Shown piece by piece: positions 43,141 to 63,157 of a stretch of DNA of 64,000 nucleotides (positions are counted from its first letter, which is position 1; every line of letters begins with the position of its first letter). The DNA comes from the human T2T-CHM13v2.0 reference genome, Homo sapiens. The notes beneath the pieces were generated by a model. That model was not told the origin of the DNA. It did no database searches and saw only the letters and a list, made by a program, of their open reading frames with translations. Location of the stretch: NCBI RefSeq assembly GCF_009914755.1, contig NC_060925.1. The stretch is one strand, 5' to 3'. The position numbers and the translations under genes are program-made.

Positions 43141-44430
43141 CATATAAAAACAAACATAATATTTGTCCCTTTGTGTTTGGCTTATTTCATTTCAAGTCTT
43201 CAAGGTTTCTTCATGTTGTAGCATGTATGATAATTTTAATCCTTTTCTTTTATGCATGCACCACATTTTTTTTTAATTCATTTAGCTCTTCACGGACACT
43301 TGGGTTATTTCTACCTTTTAATTCTTGTGAATAATGCTGCTATAAACATTACTGTACAAGTATGTGTTTGGATCCTTGCTTTCAATTCTTCTGAGTAGAC
43401 AGCTGGGAGTGGAATTGCTGAACCATTTATTTTGAATTTTTTTCAGGAACTGCCATGCTGTTTTCCATCAGCTCATTTTACATTCCCATGAGCCATGCAC
43501 AAGGGTTCCAGTATCTCCAAATTCCTTCTTTTTCTTTGATAAAAGCCACCCTAATGGGTATGAAATGGCTTCTCATTGTGATTATAATTTGCATTTCCCT
43601 AATGACTAATGATGTTGAAAATTTTCTTGTGAACTTACTGGCAATTTGCATATCTTCTTTAGAGAAATCTCTATTCAAGTCCTTTTCTCATTTTTGTTCT
43701 ACTTTTTTATTATGGTAAAATACACATAACATAAAATTGTACATTTTCAAGTACAGAATTCAGTGGCACTAAGTATATTCACATTATTGTGCAACTATTT
43801 CCACTATCCATTTCCACAACTTTTTCATCATCCCAAACTGGAAATCTGTACATGTTAAACACTTAACTCCCCTTCAACCCCTTGTTACCAATTATTCTAC
43901 TTTCTGTCTCTATGAATTTGACTATGCTAGTTACCACATATACATGTAATCGTACAATATTTGTCTTTCTGCATTTGGCTTATTTCATTTAGCATAACGT
44001 CTTTAAGATTTTTCCTTCTTGTAGCATATATCAGAATTTCATCCCTTCTTAAGAGTCAAAAATACTCCGTTGCATGTAGATACCACATTTTGTTTACTCA
44101 TTCATCTGTCAAAGGATACTTGAGTTATTTCTACCTTTTGGTCACTGTGGATAATGCTGCTATAAACACTGGTATACAAATGTGTTCAAGTCACTGCTTT
44201 CAATTCTTTTGGATATATACTCAGACATGAAATTGCTGGATTATATGGTGATTATGCGGTAATTCAATGTTTAATATTTTGAGGAACTGCCATACTGTTT
44301 TCCACAGTGGCTGCACAATTTTATAATCTCATCAGTAGTACATTTCTCCACGTCTTCATCAATATTTGCTAGTTACTGGTTTTTTTATCATAGCCATCCT
44401 AATGGGTATGAAGTGGTATTTCATTGTGGT
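43141..44430 (-). mobile_element. Old L1M 3' fragments
   Basis: Typical L1M 3'-end sequence; ORF 43478..43678 gives RDFSKEDMQIA...SLVIREMQI. Confidence 0.8.
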
Positions 44431-46190
<1,760 letters not shown>

Positions 46191-46329
46191 TGACAAAATT
46201 TAGAAACCCCTTCTTCCTCATTAGTATAGTGGCAAATAAAAATAAATAAATACTTTTAAAAAAACCCTTTCAAATAACACTAGTTTTATTTCATAGCTGA
46301 ACTAGGCACTTTTGAGGTATTGATTATAC

Positions 46330-49625
<3,296 letters not shown>

Positions 49626-49694
49626 TTAGAAAAGAACAATGGAGCATAAAGCTACAAAAAAAGTCTCTTAATAAAAGTAAACAATGTTTAAATA

Positions 49695-50101
49695 TTTTAT
49701 TTTATTTTTATTTATTTATTTATTTTTTGAGATGGAGTCTCTGTCATCCAGGCTGGAGTGCAATGGCGCAATCTTGGCTCACTACAATTTATTTATTTAT
49801 TTATTTGTTGGTTTGTTTTGAGATGGAGTCTTGCTCTGTCACCCAGGCTGGATTACAATGGCGCAATCTTGGCTCACTACAACCTCTGCCTCCTAGGTTC
49901 AAGCAATTCTCCTGCCTTGGCCTCCCGAGTAGCTAGAATTACAGGTGCCTGCCACCACACCCGGCTGATTTTTGTATTTTTAGCAGAGGCGGAGTTTCAC
50001 CACTTTGGCCAGGCTGGTCTCAAACTCCTGACCTCAGGTGATCCTCCCACCTCAGCCTCCGAAAGTGCTGGGATTACAGGCGTCAGCCACCGTGCCCAGC
50101 C
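49695..50101 (-). mobile_element. AluS with tandemly duplicated 3' end
   Basis: TSD AACAATGTTTAAATATTTT encloses both copies. Confidence 0.9.
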
Positions 50102-50727
50102 AACAATGTTTAAATATTTTATACATTAACTACCTCCACAGCTTTTTGGAATTGGTAGATGGCTCATATTTTTAAATGCAGGTATATCTTTTTAACTTAT
50201 TATTAATTTGGACATATGAAGTATTTTAAAGCTAGGACTAGAAATCAACTCAGTAGATTTACAATTTGCAGAATTACACTTTCCTAACTGGCCTCATAAT
50301 CAAAGAAAAACTATAAGCAGTACCTTAAAAAATTCCATTTTTGAATATTTTAAATATTTATCAAACAGACATAAGTGCTCATGTCAATTATACATTTAAA
50401 AACAGATTGCAAAGTTTATGAGGGTTTTTTTGGTGAATTTTACAGTGAAATAAGTCTTGTCCACTTTAACTTATGAATACTGGTACTCTTAAAATTCCTG
50501 TCCTAAGGAAGAAATTAGTCATAAAAAGCTCTGAGGGTATAAAGCAGAAAACGTGCCAAGCAGAGAGACAAACCAGGACATTTCAAGCAAGTATGGCTCA
50601 AAGTAGAGTCAAGAGAGTTAAGGTTTTGAGCTATTCTGAAGTGCCAGATGGTCCAGAATCCACCCCCAGATCTTACAAGGCGCCGCATAAAAGTGTGCCA
50701 GAAAAAAAAAAAAAAACAGAACAGAAC

Positions 50728-50773
50728 AGAATGTAGAGAACAAACTAAGAATGTAGAGAACAAACTAAGAATG
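50728..50773 (+). repeat. Perfect 20-bp tandem duplication AGAATGTAGAGAACAAACTA (~2.3 copies)
   Basis: Direct reading. Confidence 0.9.
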
Positions 50774-51295
50774 AAAGCAATACAGACTGCAGAGAAGGGT
50801 GAAAACTGTATATACAAACTGAAATATTTCAATCTTCTTCAAGCTCACAACTTTTAATGCCAATTTCCTATGCTAAGTGAACTCTGACAAACTATAAATG
50901 GCCCTTGCAACCAAATTAAATATGCTCGGTTTAATCCCTTCAGAATAGCATTTTTCAGATTATTGCTCGAGTTAACCCTTGCTGCTGTCTGCTTTACCAT
51001 TCAAGATCTTAAAATATAAACTAAAAATTCACTCATTTGATTTCAAAACTCAAATGTATACATAGAAAAATAATTCAATAATATAATAAGTACCACATAT
51101 AACTCTACAGAAAAAAATTTATCAAATGGTAGAGCAAAGGTTATTTGCAACAGCATAAATTATAGTGGACATATATAAAATATCTGTACACATTAGGGCT
51201 TAAACTATAAAGCACACAATCAATTAATATGCTCCAAAGACATTAAAAAGATGCTAAGCAGACCACATAGGAAAACACTTAAAGAAAACAGAATA

Positions 51296-51709
<414 letters not shown>

Positions 51710-51810
51710 TTAAAGAATGGTGTGGATGGTGATCTATCTTCTACTTTTCGACATGCATGTTCCAAGTTTTCTTTAGTGAGTGAAGAATACTGGAAATGAA
51801 AAAACATTTA

Positions 51811-52362
<552 letters not shown>

Positions 52363-53849
52363 TTATCAAATGTCTCCTATATCTCAACAATGTGTATACA
52401 TCATACATAAGCAAATGAAAGGGTTTAAGTAATTTGCCATGATCACTCAGAGATGTCACAAATGGCAGAGCTACAATTCAATCCAGGTTTGTCTTGTACT
52501 ATATCCAGTGTTCTTCCCACTACGTAAAACTTCTCTCAGTGTCCCTGGGATGAGAATCTTGACACTCTGTTAAAATATATATATAAAATATTTTACCTAC
52601 TGTTTTGGAGTAGATCACAGATCTTTTGAAGTCTATCCTTGAGTCCCCTTCCTATGCTCTATGGTCAAAGTTAAAAATTCTTCCTTTATTACAAAAAAAA
52701 GATAAAACAAGGAATCTCATAAGAAAATTGATGTTATATCCCACAATATGGACTCTATGCACCAAAATACAATTTAACTTGAATCAAATGTTCCTATAGA
52801 TTTATGTTATCCTTTCAAGTACAGTTTAAATATCCTCTACAGTAACAACCCTGGATCCTATAAAACCATTAAATAATTAAAAACTATATTACCACCAAAA
52901 GTTTCATCATAATCACAGTATTCTCTCATGGCACCCCCTTGCCTTACTTCTATCATCCTTTATCACAGTACTTGTCACACAAGAAAGTCAGTGTTTATCT
53001 CCCTAAAAAACCAAAAGCTACTTCAGAGCAAATGTCATGGTCTTATTCTGTATGTCCAAGGCTTACTAGAGTAGTGACACACAGGAGGCATCTAGTAAAT
53101 GTTTTCTGAAACAGAGGATCAACCATCAATACTGGAAGCACCTTTAATGCATATAATTTCATATTTTTTATATATGCATAATGCTATATCTATGTTGTAC
53201 CTACAGAACAAAAGATGGAATGAAGTTATCAATAATCCTTAGTATAAATGATCCATCAAAATTCTAATTAAGTGCAACATTTCATAAAAATTAATGGCTC
53301 ATATAACTAAAATCTATCAATTTACCTAAGACATTCTAACTTCAGAGCCCAAGATCTCTCTCATTATTTTATGCTAGTTCTCAAAAATGTTCATCTGAGG
53401 ATCAGAAATCATTACAGCTAATGGTTCCAGGTTTTAGTCAATAAAAGTCTATTTTATAGGGAGTCTCTGATACATTTTATCTTTAGCAATACAATACTGT
53501 AGAAACTCCAAGTCCAAATAACCATGTCTGAGAGAATATTAGCTTAAAAGTAAATATTGGTATGATGTACACTAACCTAGACAAGCTTAGATTTTCATGA
53601 GCAATAAATCTGGAGGTTGCAAAATGAAAAACTACCTTCTACTATGTCTACAAAAACTTTCCACTATAACTTCGTGCAACAATCACTTTCTAGAGATGTG
53701 GTGTATGCAATGATAAGTTGATTTTCACATAGGAAGATGTAGTAGCCTACAACATATGTTCAGCTATAACCAAGGAATGGTACCACAATAAGCTCTGTCA
53801 GAGCCATTTTGCCCTTAAAAATGCAGACTCATTCAATCAATATCCGAGT

Positions 53850-54075
53850 TGCTTAGACTACTGGGTTACAATTCTGGCTCTACCACTTAGCAGCAGTTTG
53901 ACCTTGAACAAATTACTTCACCTCTGTGTCCCAGTTTTTTATTTTGTTTTGTTTTTGTAAAACAGGGATATAAGGATTACCAAGTTGTAAAGAATACTGA
54001 AAGGTTCATCAGGTTGTAAAGATTATTGAAAATAGCACATGACACGTAAGTGTGCTCAGTAAGTATTATTGTTAT
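53850..54075. mobile_element. MIR
   Basis: CTGGCTCTACCACTTAGCAGC..TTGACCTTGAACAAATTACTT core. Confidence 0.75.
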
Positions 54076-54794
54076 TATCCCACTATTGACCTCCTCCCCA
54101 ATACACACAAACACACGCACACACACACCACTGGATAATTTCTTTTACATAACAATAGAGGAATGTAAGATCACATGAATGTTCATTCTTATCCCAAAAT
54201 TTGACTGAAATATCATCAATGACTATAGGAAGCAGCATAGCAAATGTACTTGGAGAACAGATGTGCCTGGGTTCAAGTCTCAACTCTCCCACTTAAAATA
54301 CAACCGTGAGCAAGTAATACAGAAGATTAATGCCTACTTGTAGAAAGGCTATGAAGATTAAGTGAAATAATGTATGTAGATCATCTAAAAGTATTTAGTA
54401 TTTATTAGGTGTTCTAGAAGCATCAGTCCTCTTCCTTCTCAACAGTGGCATAAGAATGTTTTCCTTCCAGGATCTCTGTATTGATACTTAGCCCACTAGA
54501 TAGAACTGTTCCACAACTAAAAGAAGACCACACTAAGTTTCCAAACTACAGTGGAGCCGGAAGAGGGAGGAGATCACACTAAAAAAGGCACAGAAATCAC
54601 ACATAAAATTAAGTTCACAATTTCAGGTTGCCTTCTCATTTAAGTTTTTTAAGCTCAATATTTATGCACAAGGAGTCAATCATGGCTCATGGCAGGCTTA
54701 AGAATAAAAATATGAAGATAAACTCTTTCCCCTGTCCTCACCCCTAGAAAGTATATCTTGTATGTCCTAATGGACCACAGAAAGTATGTATCTA

Positions 54795-55444
<650 letters not shown>

Positions 55445-55446
55445 AC

Positions 55447-55650
55447 CAGTGATTCTAAACCAGAGGCAATTTAATCCTCTAGGAAATATTTGTCAGTGTC
55501 TGGAGATATTTCTGATTGCTGCAACTGGTGAAGGTGTTACGTCTAATGGATAAGGATGCTGCAAAACACCCTACAATGCACAGAACAGCCTCCCACAACA
55601 AGAAATTCTCCAGCCCAAAATCTCAAAGTGCCAAGGCTGAGAAACCATGA
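55447..55650. mobile_element. MER20 hAT-Charlie element
   Basis: CAGTGATTCT...GGATGCTGCAAAACACCCTACAATGCACAG...GGCTGAGAAACC. Confidence 0.85.
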
Positions 55651-56755
55651 TCTAAAAAACTATAAAGTACTGTAATATAAACGTCTTCCTCCAAAAAATA
55701 TGTTCTTATCCTAGCATTCTTGGTCAAATTTGTATTCTTATTGCAGATTTAGTAAGGAATAAGCAGTTTGATTATTTCAGATGAAAAACTCCTGGTACTG
55801 TTATATTCCCATTGTAATAATCCCCAGTTTAAAGGAGGGAGGAAGTGAGGCTTACTTTTCTTTGTATATTTTTACCACATAAAAACAAGTTTTAAAAAGA
55901 GCCCAACTTTTATTTTTTAATTGCACCTCTGATTCATTTGAAAGCCTTATTTATATCACAAAAATGAGTTTCTTCTACCTCATTTCTATCCTACTTTTGC
56001 ACAAAATATTCAGAAGTTCACATTTATGTGATAGGAAAGCAGAGTATATGAGGCAGGGTACAAGGCCAGCTTTTAACAAATTGGGAAACTACAGGAGTAG
56101 CTAAAGAAAATAAGTCACCAGTTCATTTTGTAATCACAACATGCTTAAGAGGTCTCAATAATACCCAAGAAGTCTCAGTAGTTTATTTCTAATATGCAAA
56201 TGAGTGCACTTAAGAGGTTAAGTAATTTGCCCAAGATCACAGAACTACTCAGGGGCAGAACAGGTGTGCTCTTGCAGTTATATTAGTCTGCCTCTGCTCC
56301 TGAAGTTTAAAAATCTAGATTTTGCAGAAGCTCTAAGAGAAAAGACTGACAAATTAAACATATAAAACAAATATTTCTACATAATCAAAAAATGCCAAAA
56401 ACAAAAAAAAATTCAGAGAAAAAAATTTTGCAAAGAATTTTGCAAAGAAGGGCAAATTTCCTAAATATAAGAAGAGTTCTTACAAATCAGTGAGAAAGAA
56501 GACAAACAGCCCATCAAGAGAACAGGTAAAAGACTAAAGCAGTTTATAAAAAAAGAAATACAAATGGTTTCAAAGGAAAAAAAAATAAGTTCAGCCTTAC
56601 CCATAAAGAAATAACAAACTAAAACAATGAAATTGTTTGAAATCTTTCTGATTACTGGACTGACAATAATATACATGTTGATCAAGCTGTGGAGGAAATG
56701 ACACTCTCAAACATGTGTGCTGCTACAGTGTTTCTGAATGTAAATGAGCAATATC

Positions 56756-57042
56756 TTTTTTTTTTTTTTTTTTTTTTGGAGACAGGGTCTTAGCTCTGTC
56801 ACCTAGGCTGGAGTGCAGTGGTGCAATTATAGCTCACTGTAACCTGCTAATCATAGCTCACCTGTAGCCTGCTAGGACTACGGGCACACACCACCATGCC
56901 CAGCTAATTAAAAAAAATTTTTTTTTTGTCCCAGATGGATTTCACTATGTTACCCAGGCCTTGAACTCTTGGCTTCAATCAATCCTTCCGCCTCAGCCTC
57001 CCAAAGCACTGGAATTATAGGCCTGAGCCACTATGCCTACCC
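56756..57042 (-). mobile_element. AluJ
   Basis: Reverse diverged Alu. Confidence 0.85.
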
Positions 57043-58284
57043 CAAATTAGCAGTATCTATGCAGATTAAAAGTATCCTCTGGCCCAAAAATTACACCTAC
57101 TAGAAATTAATCCATATGCTCACACATGTGCACAAAAACATGTAAAAGAGTATCCACTGCAGCATAGTTGTAACAAAAGATTGAAAACAAAATAAATGTC
57201 CAGCATTAGGTGGCCAGTAAAATAAATAACAGTAAGTTCACATATAGAAATACCCTGAGGTTTTGAAAACAATAAGGGAGATCTATATGTGATGTTATAG
57301 AGCAATCTCCTAAATCAGTTAAGCTAAAAATAATATAACAACAAACTGTGAAACAATAAACAGCTTACACAAAAGAATATACATATACAGTATACATATA
57401 TATTTATTCGCATATACACAGACTATTACTGGAAATTCACACAAGAAACTGGCAAGAATGGCTGCCTCTGGGAAAGCAAATGAGGGCCTAAAGCAGAAAG
57501 AAGACTTCACTAGCATTGTATGAATTTTTTTAACCATGAATTTATATTGGTTTTTTAATTTACTAACTATAAAACCTAAGTCCCAAATTCTGAGCCTCAG
57601 TATCCTCCAATTTGAAATGATGATAATAATAGCTTAGTTCATAGGTTACGCTTTGTTAAGTTATAAAGCAGCACAAAAAATTATAAATTAGTCCTCTAAC
57701 TGAATTGTCCAAATCAATTAATATAATTATTATCATTCCTCTAATCAATTTCTCTAAATGTTTAGGATGAAAACTAAGTGTAGACACAATCTTAGAACAC
57801 AAAGCTTTACTTTACACGTAGTTATTGTGTATTCAATTTAAATGAATAAATTCTCAAAAATGCCATAGAGAAAAGCTAAATCAGTTGATTACAGAAGGAA
57901 TACATTCTCACTGTTGAAAACAAGGTAGATAAAAACTACAACCATGCTACTATAAAATTTTAGTGTTTTTTTTCTTCCAGGCTTTCTTCTACGCATGCTT
58001 AACTGGGTTAGATCATTTGTCTAAATAAAAAAAGTTCACTTTACTGTAATACAGCATTCAATTTACAAGATTCCTCAGATTATTAAAAACACCTAATAAA
58101 TATAATTAATGAAGGCATACCTTGTTGATTCAACTGCTTTAAAAATGAAACTCCAGCATATGAATTTGCCTAATGAACTCTGCCTGGAGTAACTTTTCGT
58201 TTATTATTTCTACCAGTTCTCCAACTAACCAGATCTCTCTCAGGCCATTTACTTGGTTTTGGTTTCCAGAGTACTGATTTTTTT

Positions 58285-58395
58285 TTTAAAAACTTTTATT
58301 TTAGGTTCAAGGGTACATGTGAAGGTTTATTACATCAGTGGACTTGTGTCATAGGTATTAAGCCCAGTACCCAATAGTTATCTTTTCTGCTCCCA
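58285..58395 (-). mobile_element. Short L1PA/PB 3'-end fragment
   Basis: AACTTTTATTTTAGGTTCAAGGGTACATGTG...GTACCCAATAGTTA. Confidence 0.7.
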
Positions 58396-59189
58396 ATTTT
58401 ATTAAGCCCCAAACTCACAAACAAGTATATAAAGTGCTTTTTGTAATTCCCTAAAGAACAAGTAAAATATCTTAGATTAGGCCTTTAAAATCACACTATT
58501 AGAGATTGCAGAGATTCTGAACTATGATTCGTTGCTAATGATACTCAATCTTTTTCTATTACACGTTAGTCTGTTACTAGCATTCTGTCTGCAAATAGAG
58601 TGAAAACAAAGGAATGCACTCTTAGATTATTCCTGAGAGACTTGCTATTGGATGAACTTGTTCCTAATTAATTTTAACTATGACAACCTCTCCCAAGTGC
58701 TGAACATTTCAAGCCATCTTTGAGAAGGGTTAGATATCTCTCTCAAGAGATTTCCTGAGTATATCGAACCATAATTATAGGCAATAAAGAAAAACATCAT
58801 TAATGTGCCTTTCCCATTGTAGGAACTCAAATATCTGTCATGTTGAGAACAATATCACTTTTCTGCTTCTGAGAACATGTTGTCATTTTCAAACTAACCT
58901 GTATTTACTGTCATAATTGTTAAACCAGACTACTAAGATGATATGTTTATTAGCACTTGTACTGCGTACTTGTTTAAAAAATGAAACTGAAAATAAACAC
59001 TACAAACTGTGAAATTATGGGAGATGTTTTCCTCTAATTTCCAAGTTTTCTGTAATACAGTTATATCACTCTTGTAATTTAACAAAAAAAGCATTAGAAC
59101 TGTTGTTATACCATTTATATACTAGGATTTTTAAAATTAAGTCCCTACTTAAGGGCTTTTTTATTACTTTAAAAAAAAAAAAGAATCTG

Positions 59190-59408
59190 ACAACATAGTG
59201 AGTGAGTCCCTGTCTCTACAAAAAAATTTTAAAAATTAGCTGGGCATGGCGATGCACACTTGTAGTCCCAGCTACTCAGGAGGCTGAAATGGGAGGATCC
59301 CTTGAGCCCACAAGGTTGAGGATGCAGTGAGCCTGATCATGCCACTGTACTCCAACATGGGTGACAGAGTGTGATCCTGTCTCAAAACAAAACAAAACAA
59401 AAAAAAAA
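59190..59408 (+). mobile_element. AluJ, 5'-truncated
   Basis: Partial left arm plus right arm. Confidence 0.85.
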
Positions 59409-62400
59409 TTCTTGCTAAACTAAAGCAAGAAAACCAGTATAAAGCTGAATTGCTAAAAGACTATTTTAAATATTCAAATCCTATCTCAGTAAAATAAAAC
59501 CTTTATCATCAATAGCACTAACTTTGAACACACAATTGTATCATCCAAGATATTATCAAAGGCACTAGAGATTCAGAGGCAAAAACCATGGCTTATATCC
59601 TCAAGAGGCTTACTACTTAAGACAATGGCATATGCCGAAAAAAAAGAACAAAAAATGTAAGGGAGCGTTGGATAGGCCAAGCATCTAGTACATAGAGAAG
59701 AACAGTGAAATAGCTTTTGAAGTCCTACAGACCTTGGTTCAAATCGTAGATTCACCACTTACTAGCTTACTTACTAGCTTCTCTAATTTGTAAAACATAT
59801 CGTTAGATTCTAAGTGTAGTAAAATTCCTGGCATATAGTAATTCCCAAAGGGAAGTTAACAGTATTATTATTATTAGGGATATGGGCGTTAGGGAGTAAA
59901 ACTGACTATTGGAAACTTTTTTTTTTTAAGTATTACATGCTTTCTTTCTAATCTACCAACAGAAGCAAAAATCAAGATCTTTCTCCCTCAGGTTTTACTT
60001 CTCATTGACAAGAAGTAAACAGAACACCTAGTAAAGACAACTGAATTAGAAAACATATAAGGCTGTAAAGCACTAAAGAACCCAGAGAAAGTCCACTAGG
60101 TCTATAAATCATAGAACACTGTCTATAAAACAGGATCTTAAAAGTTGGAAAGGTCCTTAGATCAGCTAATTCAAACTCCTCTAGCAGAAATAAGTTTCAG
60201 GTTTTGTCTCCAAGGTCAAAGAATTGTTAACTATTTTTGTTCATGAGTATATATATCCTCAGTACCTAGAGTAATTCCTAGCACATACTGAATGCTCAGC
60301 AAATGTTTGTTGAGTCTCTTTTAAAGTTAAGAAAACTGAGGCCTGGATATTTAACCCAAACCCATACAGTTAGCTGTGGCCAAAGCAGAACTGGAACTAA
60401 CATTTTGGTACTCTAGCATTCTATCATCTCTAGAAGCTAGACTATAATAATTTAGATAGTTTATTTTGGTGGCTGGGGAGTTGAAGGGTTGGTTGGCAAG
60501 CTTGGAAAAAGGAAGGAAGGCATAAGCTAAAACATTTTTCACATTTTTTCCCCAAACTCAGTTTTGCTTAATTGGTAAAGGCAAGAAATTATAAACACGA
60601 TAATCCCAGTACAATGTCTAGTACATAATAGGTACTATAAAAATATTTGCTGAATGAAAATCATCAACATATGAACAGAAGCAGAAATTAACTTGAGCAT
60701 GTTTAATCTCCATAACTGTTATAGAACCCTTTAGAGCTTTCAGTCATTCCTACAACAGTTATTAATTACTTTCTTCCAGATAGGTACCATGGGAGAAAGA
60801 TGGATTAAAAGATGTCCCTGCCCTGAATGAGCTCTCACTTGAGTATGCCTATGTCTAAATGTGTGTGCTGGGAGAGTGGGCAGGGTGGGGGGAACAGAGG
60901 ATGACAAACGGGTCAGTAATGAATGTGAAACCAGGCTGCATTGTTATCTTAGTGTATTGGGCTCAGGCAGTTATAAAAAAATTAAATTAAATTTAAAAAC
61001 CACAAATCTGCAAAGTTTTGAAGTAACAAGGAGGCACATTAGGGTATACTAGCAACTGGAAATGTTATTTTTTCGTGTGCCTTCGTAATCCCTCTTATTG
61101 CCTCTTCATGTTTTAAAATCAGAATATTCTGAATTTACTTATTTGAATTATCAATAAAAATTAACCACCAATGTATATTATCTCATATGTGAGGCACTGA
61201 AGGATAATAGCTACTACTGATTCCGTACTTACTGTGTACACATTAATACCTAAATATATAACCCAAGAACATATGTAAATTTTTTAAATGGCTATAAAAC
61301 TGACAGAGCTTGAAGCAATTCTCCAGAGATGAATGATGTAAATAGAAGCTAAAAACATGGTATTACCCAGGGAGAGAATAAAGTATGCACACAACTGAGA
61401 AGCAATTTTACGGAAGTCTTTAAGAGCACAAAATCTTCAAGGGAAAACTCCTGCCAGAATTGGCCAACAGAGCCAGAAAACAACAGCCTGCCAACAGGGA
61501 TCTTGTTTAATGCAAGTCACTAACTAGACTCACAGAAAGTGAATACCTAAAAGTCAGTGCTGTAGTTGTTCAAATTTGAGTTTTGGGAGGACCCTTCCAA
61601 ACATACATAACCAAGACTAAACCACCACATTCCATGTTAAAGGGTTCTCTGCTTGTCAGAACAGGACAACCACCACCACCATCAAAAAAACTGGGAAATA
61701 GACTTTCCTTATGACACTTAGAATTCCTGCAAACACGGGTTAGTTATTTTACATGAAGCATGTACGTGACTCCTGGTTTCTGAGAAAACATTTTTTTCTC
61801 TCTATCCTACAGTGCTAGGCAAAGCACCCCAAAGCCTCTTGATTTTAAACACAGAAAACTCCACTGCCGAAATGTTTGCCCTATCCCAGCGCTAAAGCCT
61901 TAGAAGCACCGACGAATCTAGGCCAAGGAGTACAAGATGGCAGTGAGATACCACAATGCAGGCAAGGAAGACGGGATGGGCCCCAATCGGGAAGCACGCG
62001 CCACCAGCTCTGGAGAGAACCGTCTGAGGAGACGCGGGGGAGAGTTTGGGTCACAGGAGCAGGAAGGAACTGGCAGGTGTCTGTCACCTTATCATCCCGG
62101 ACACCATGTTTACATTGTAATTGGCTTCTTTACAGAGAGGGAGGGACCAGGTTCCCAGTGTGAGTGATGTTTAGAGGTTTTCTGAGAAGCACAAGGACTG
62201 GACTTTGACAGGAAGCAACGAGGCAAGAGGGAAGCTCGAGAACAGGTTTTGCTGAGGATTCCCCCCAAGAAAAGTGCTCCCCGGGAGGCCGTTCCTGGCA
62301 CCAAGACTGGCGGAGCCACCACACCCGTTAAAGGGATCCACCTGGACAGCGATCAGGCGTGAGCCCCCCGAGGGGAAGTTGAAGTGGAAGCAGACGTGGG

Positions 62401-63110
62401 TGGCAAAAGGCTGCATTGGGGGTCTGACCCAGAAGGAAACCTGATCAGGAGGGGGGAGAGGCTGAACGGAGGAAGGGGCCGGCAGAGTGGGTAGTTGAGT
62501 AGGATGAGACTTCTTTGGAGGCGAGGCTAACTACATTAAACTCTGGGAAGGGAGGGCTTCCGTCGGACCCTGGGAGAAAGGCAGGTCTGGAGAGGAAAGA
62601 CTGGCTTGGGGGGCCTGCGCGTCCGGCTCTGGAAGGCAACTCCTACTGGGGGCGGCGCGCAGCCGGCCTGGCGGGCGAGCCTCGTGCGGCCCGGGGGTGC
62701 GGCCGGCCCGCGCGAGCTCAACAGGAGCTCACCTGGGATGCGTGCGGCCCTGTGGGAGGAAACTTCCTGGGTAGGTGAAAGCTGCCCCGCGGGAGCCGGC
62801 CCGGCACCGGCAGAGCGCGGCCGGGTCACAGTCCACTCGGCAGCGGCGCGGAGGGCGGCGAGGGCCGCGCGGGGCGGGGCAGGAGGCGCCCGACGACCCT
62901 GGGCGAGGTCGCGGCGGCCGCAGGGGGGCTCCGGCTCCGGAGGGCGCCCTCCCGCAGTCGCACCCGCTTTCCCTCACACACACCGGCCGCCCGGCCCACA
63001 AGCCAAGAAGCTGCCTGCTTGGCCCACAAGCCAAGAAGTCGGCGAAGCTGAGGGCGGTGGGGGAGGGGGCACCGGCCGGCCAAGCCCGGCGGACGGGCGT
63101 GTGGCGTTAC

Positions 63111-63143
63111 CTGTGTCAGAGAGAGCTGGGCCGCCGCAGCCAT
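63111..63143 (-). CDS. EPS15: EPS15 exon 1 coding part (MAAAAQLSLTQ)
   Basis: ACCATGG strong Kozak at 63143; donor CAG|GTAACG; 33 nt; inside CpG island. Confidence 0.97.
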
Positions 63144-63157
63144 GGTGTTTCCATCAT
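63116..63157 (-). other. Out-of-frame upstream ORF overlapping the EPS15 start (MMETPWLRRPSSL*)
   Basis: Minus strand TGC ATG ATG GAA ACA CCA TGG ... CTC TGA; the ORF is seen directly, translation is untested. Confidence 0.6.

Noticed and set aside
56421-59781. Small tandem duplications (AATTTTGCAAAGA x2 near 56424; ACTTACTAGCTT x2 near 59757)
   Set aside because: Ordinary slippage events with no sign of function
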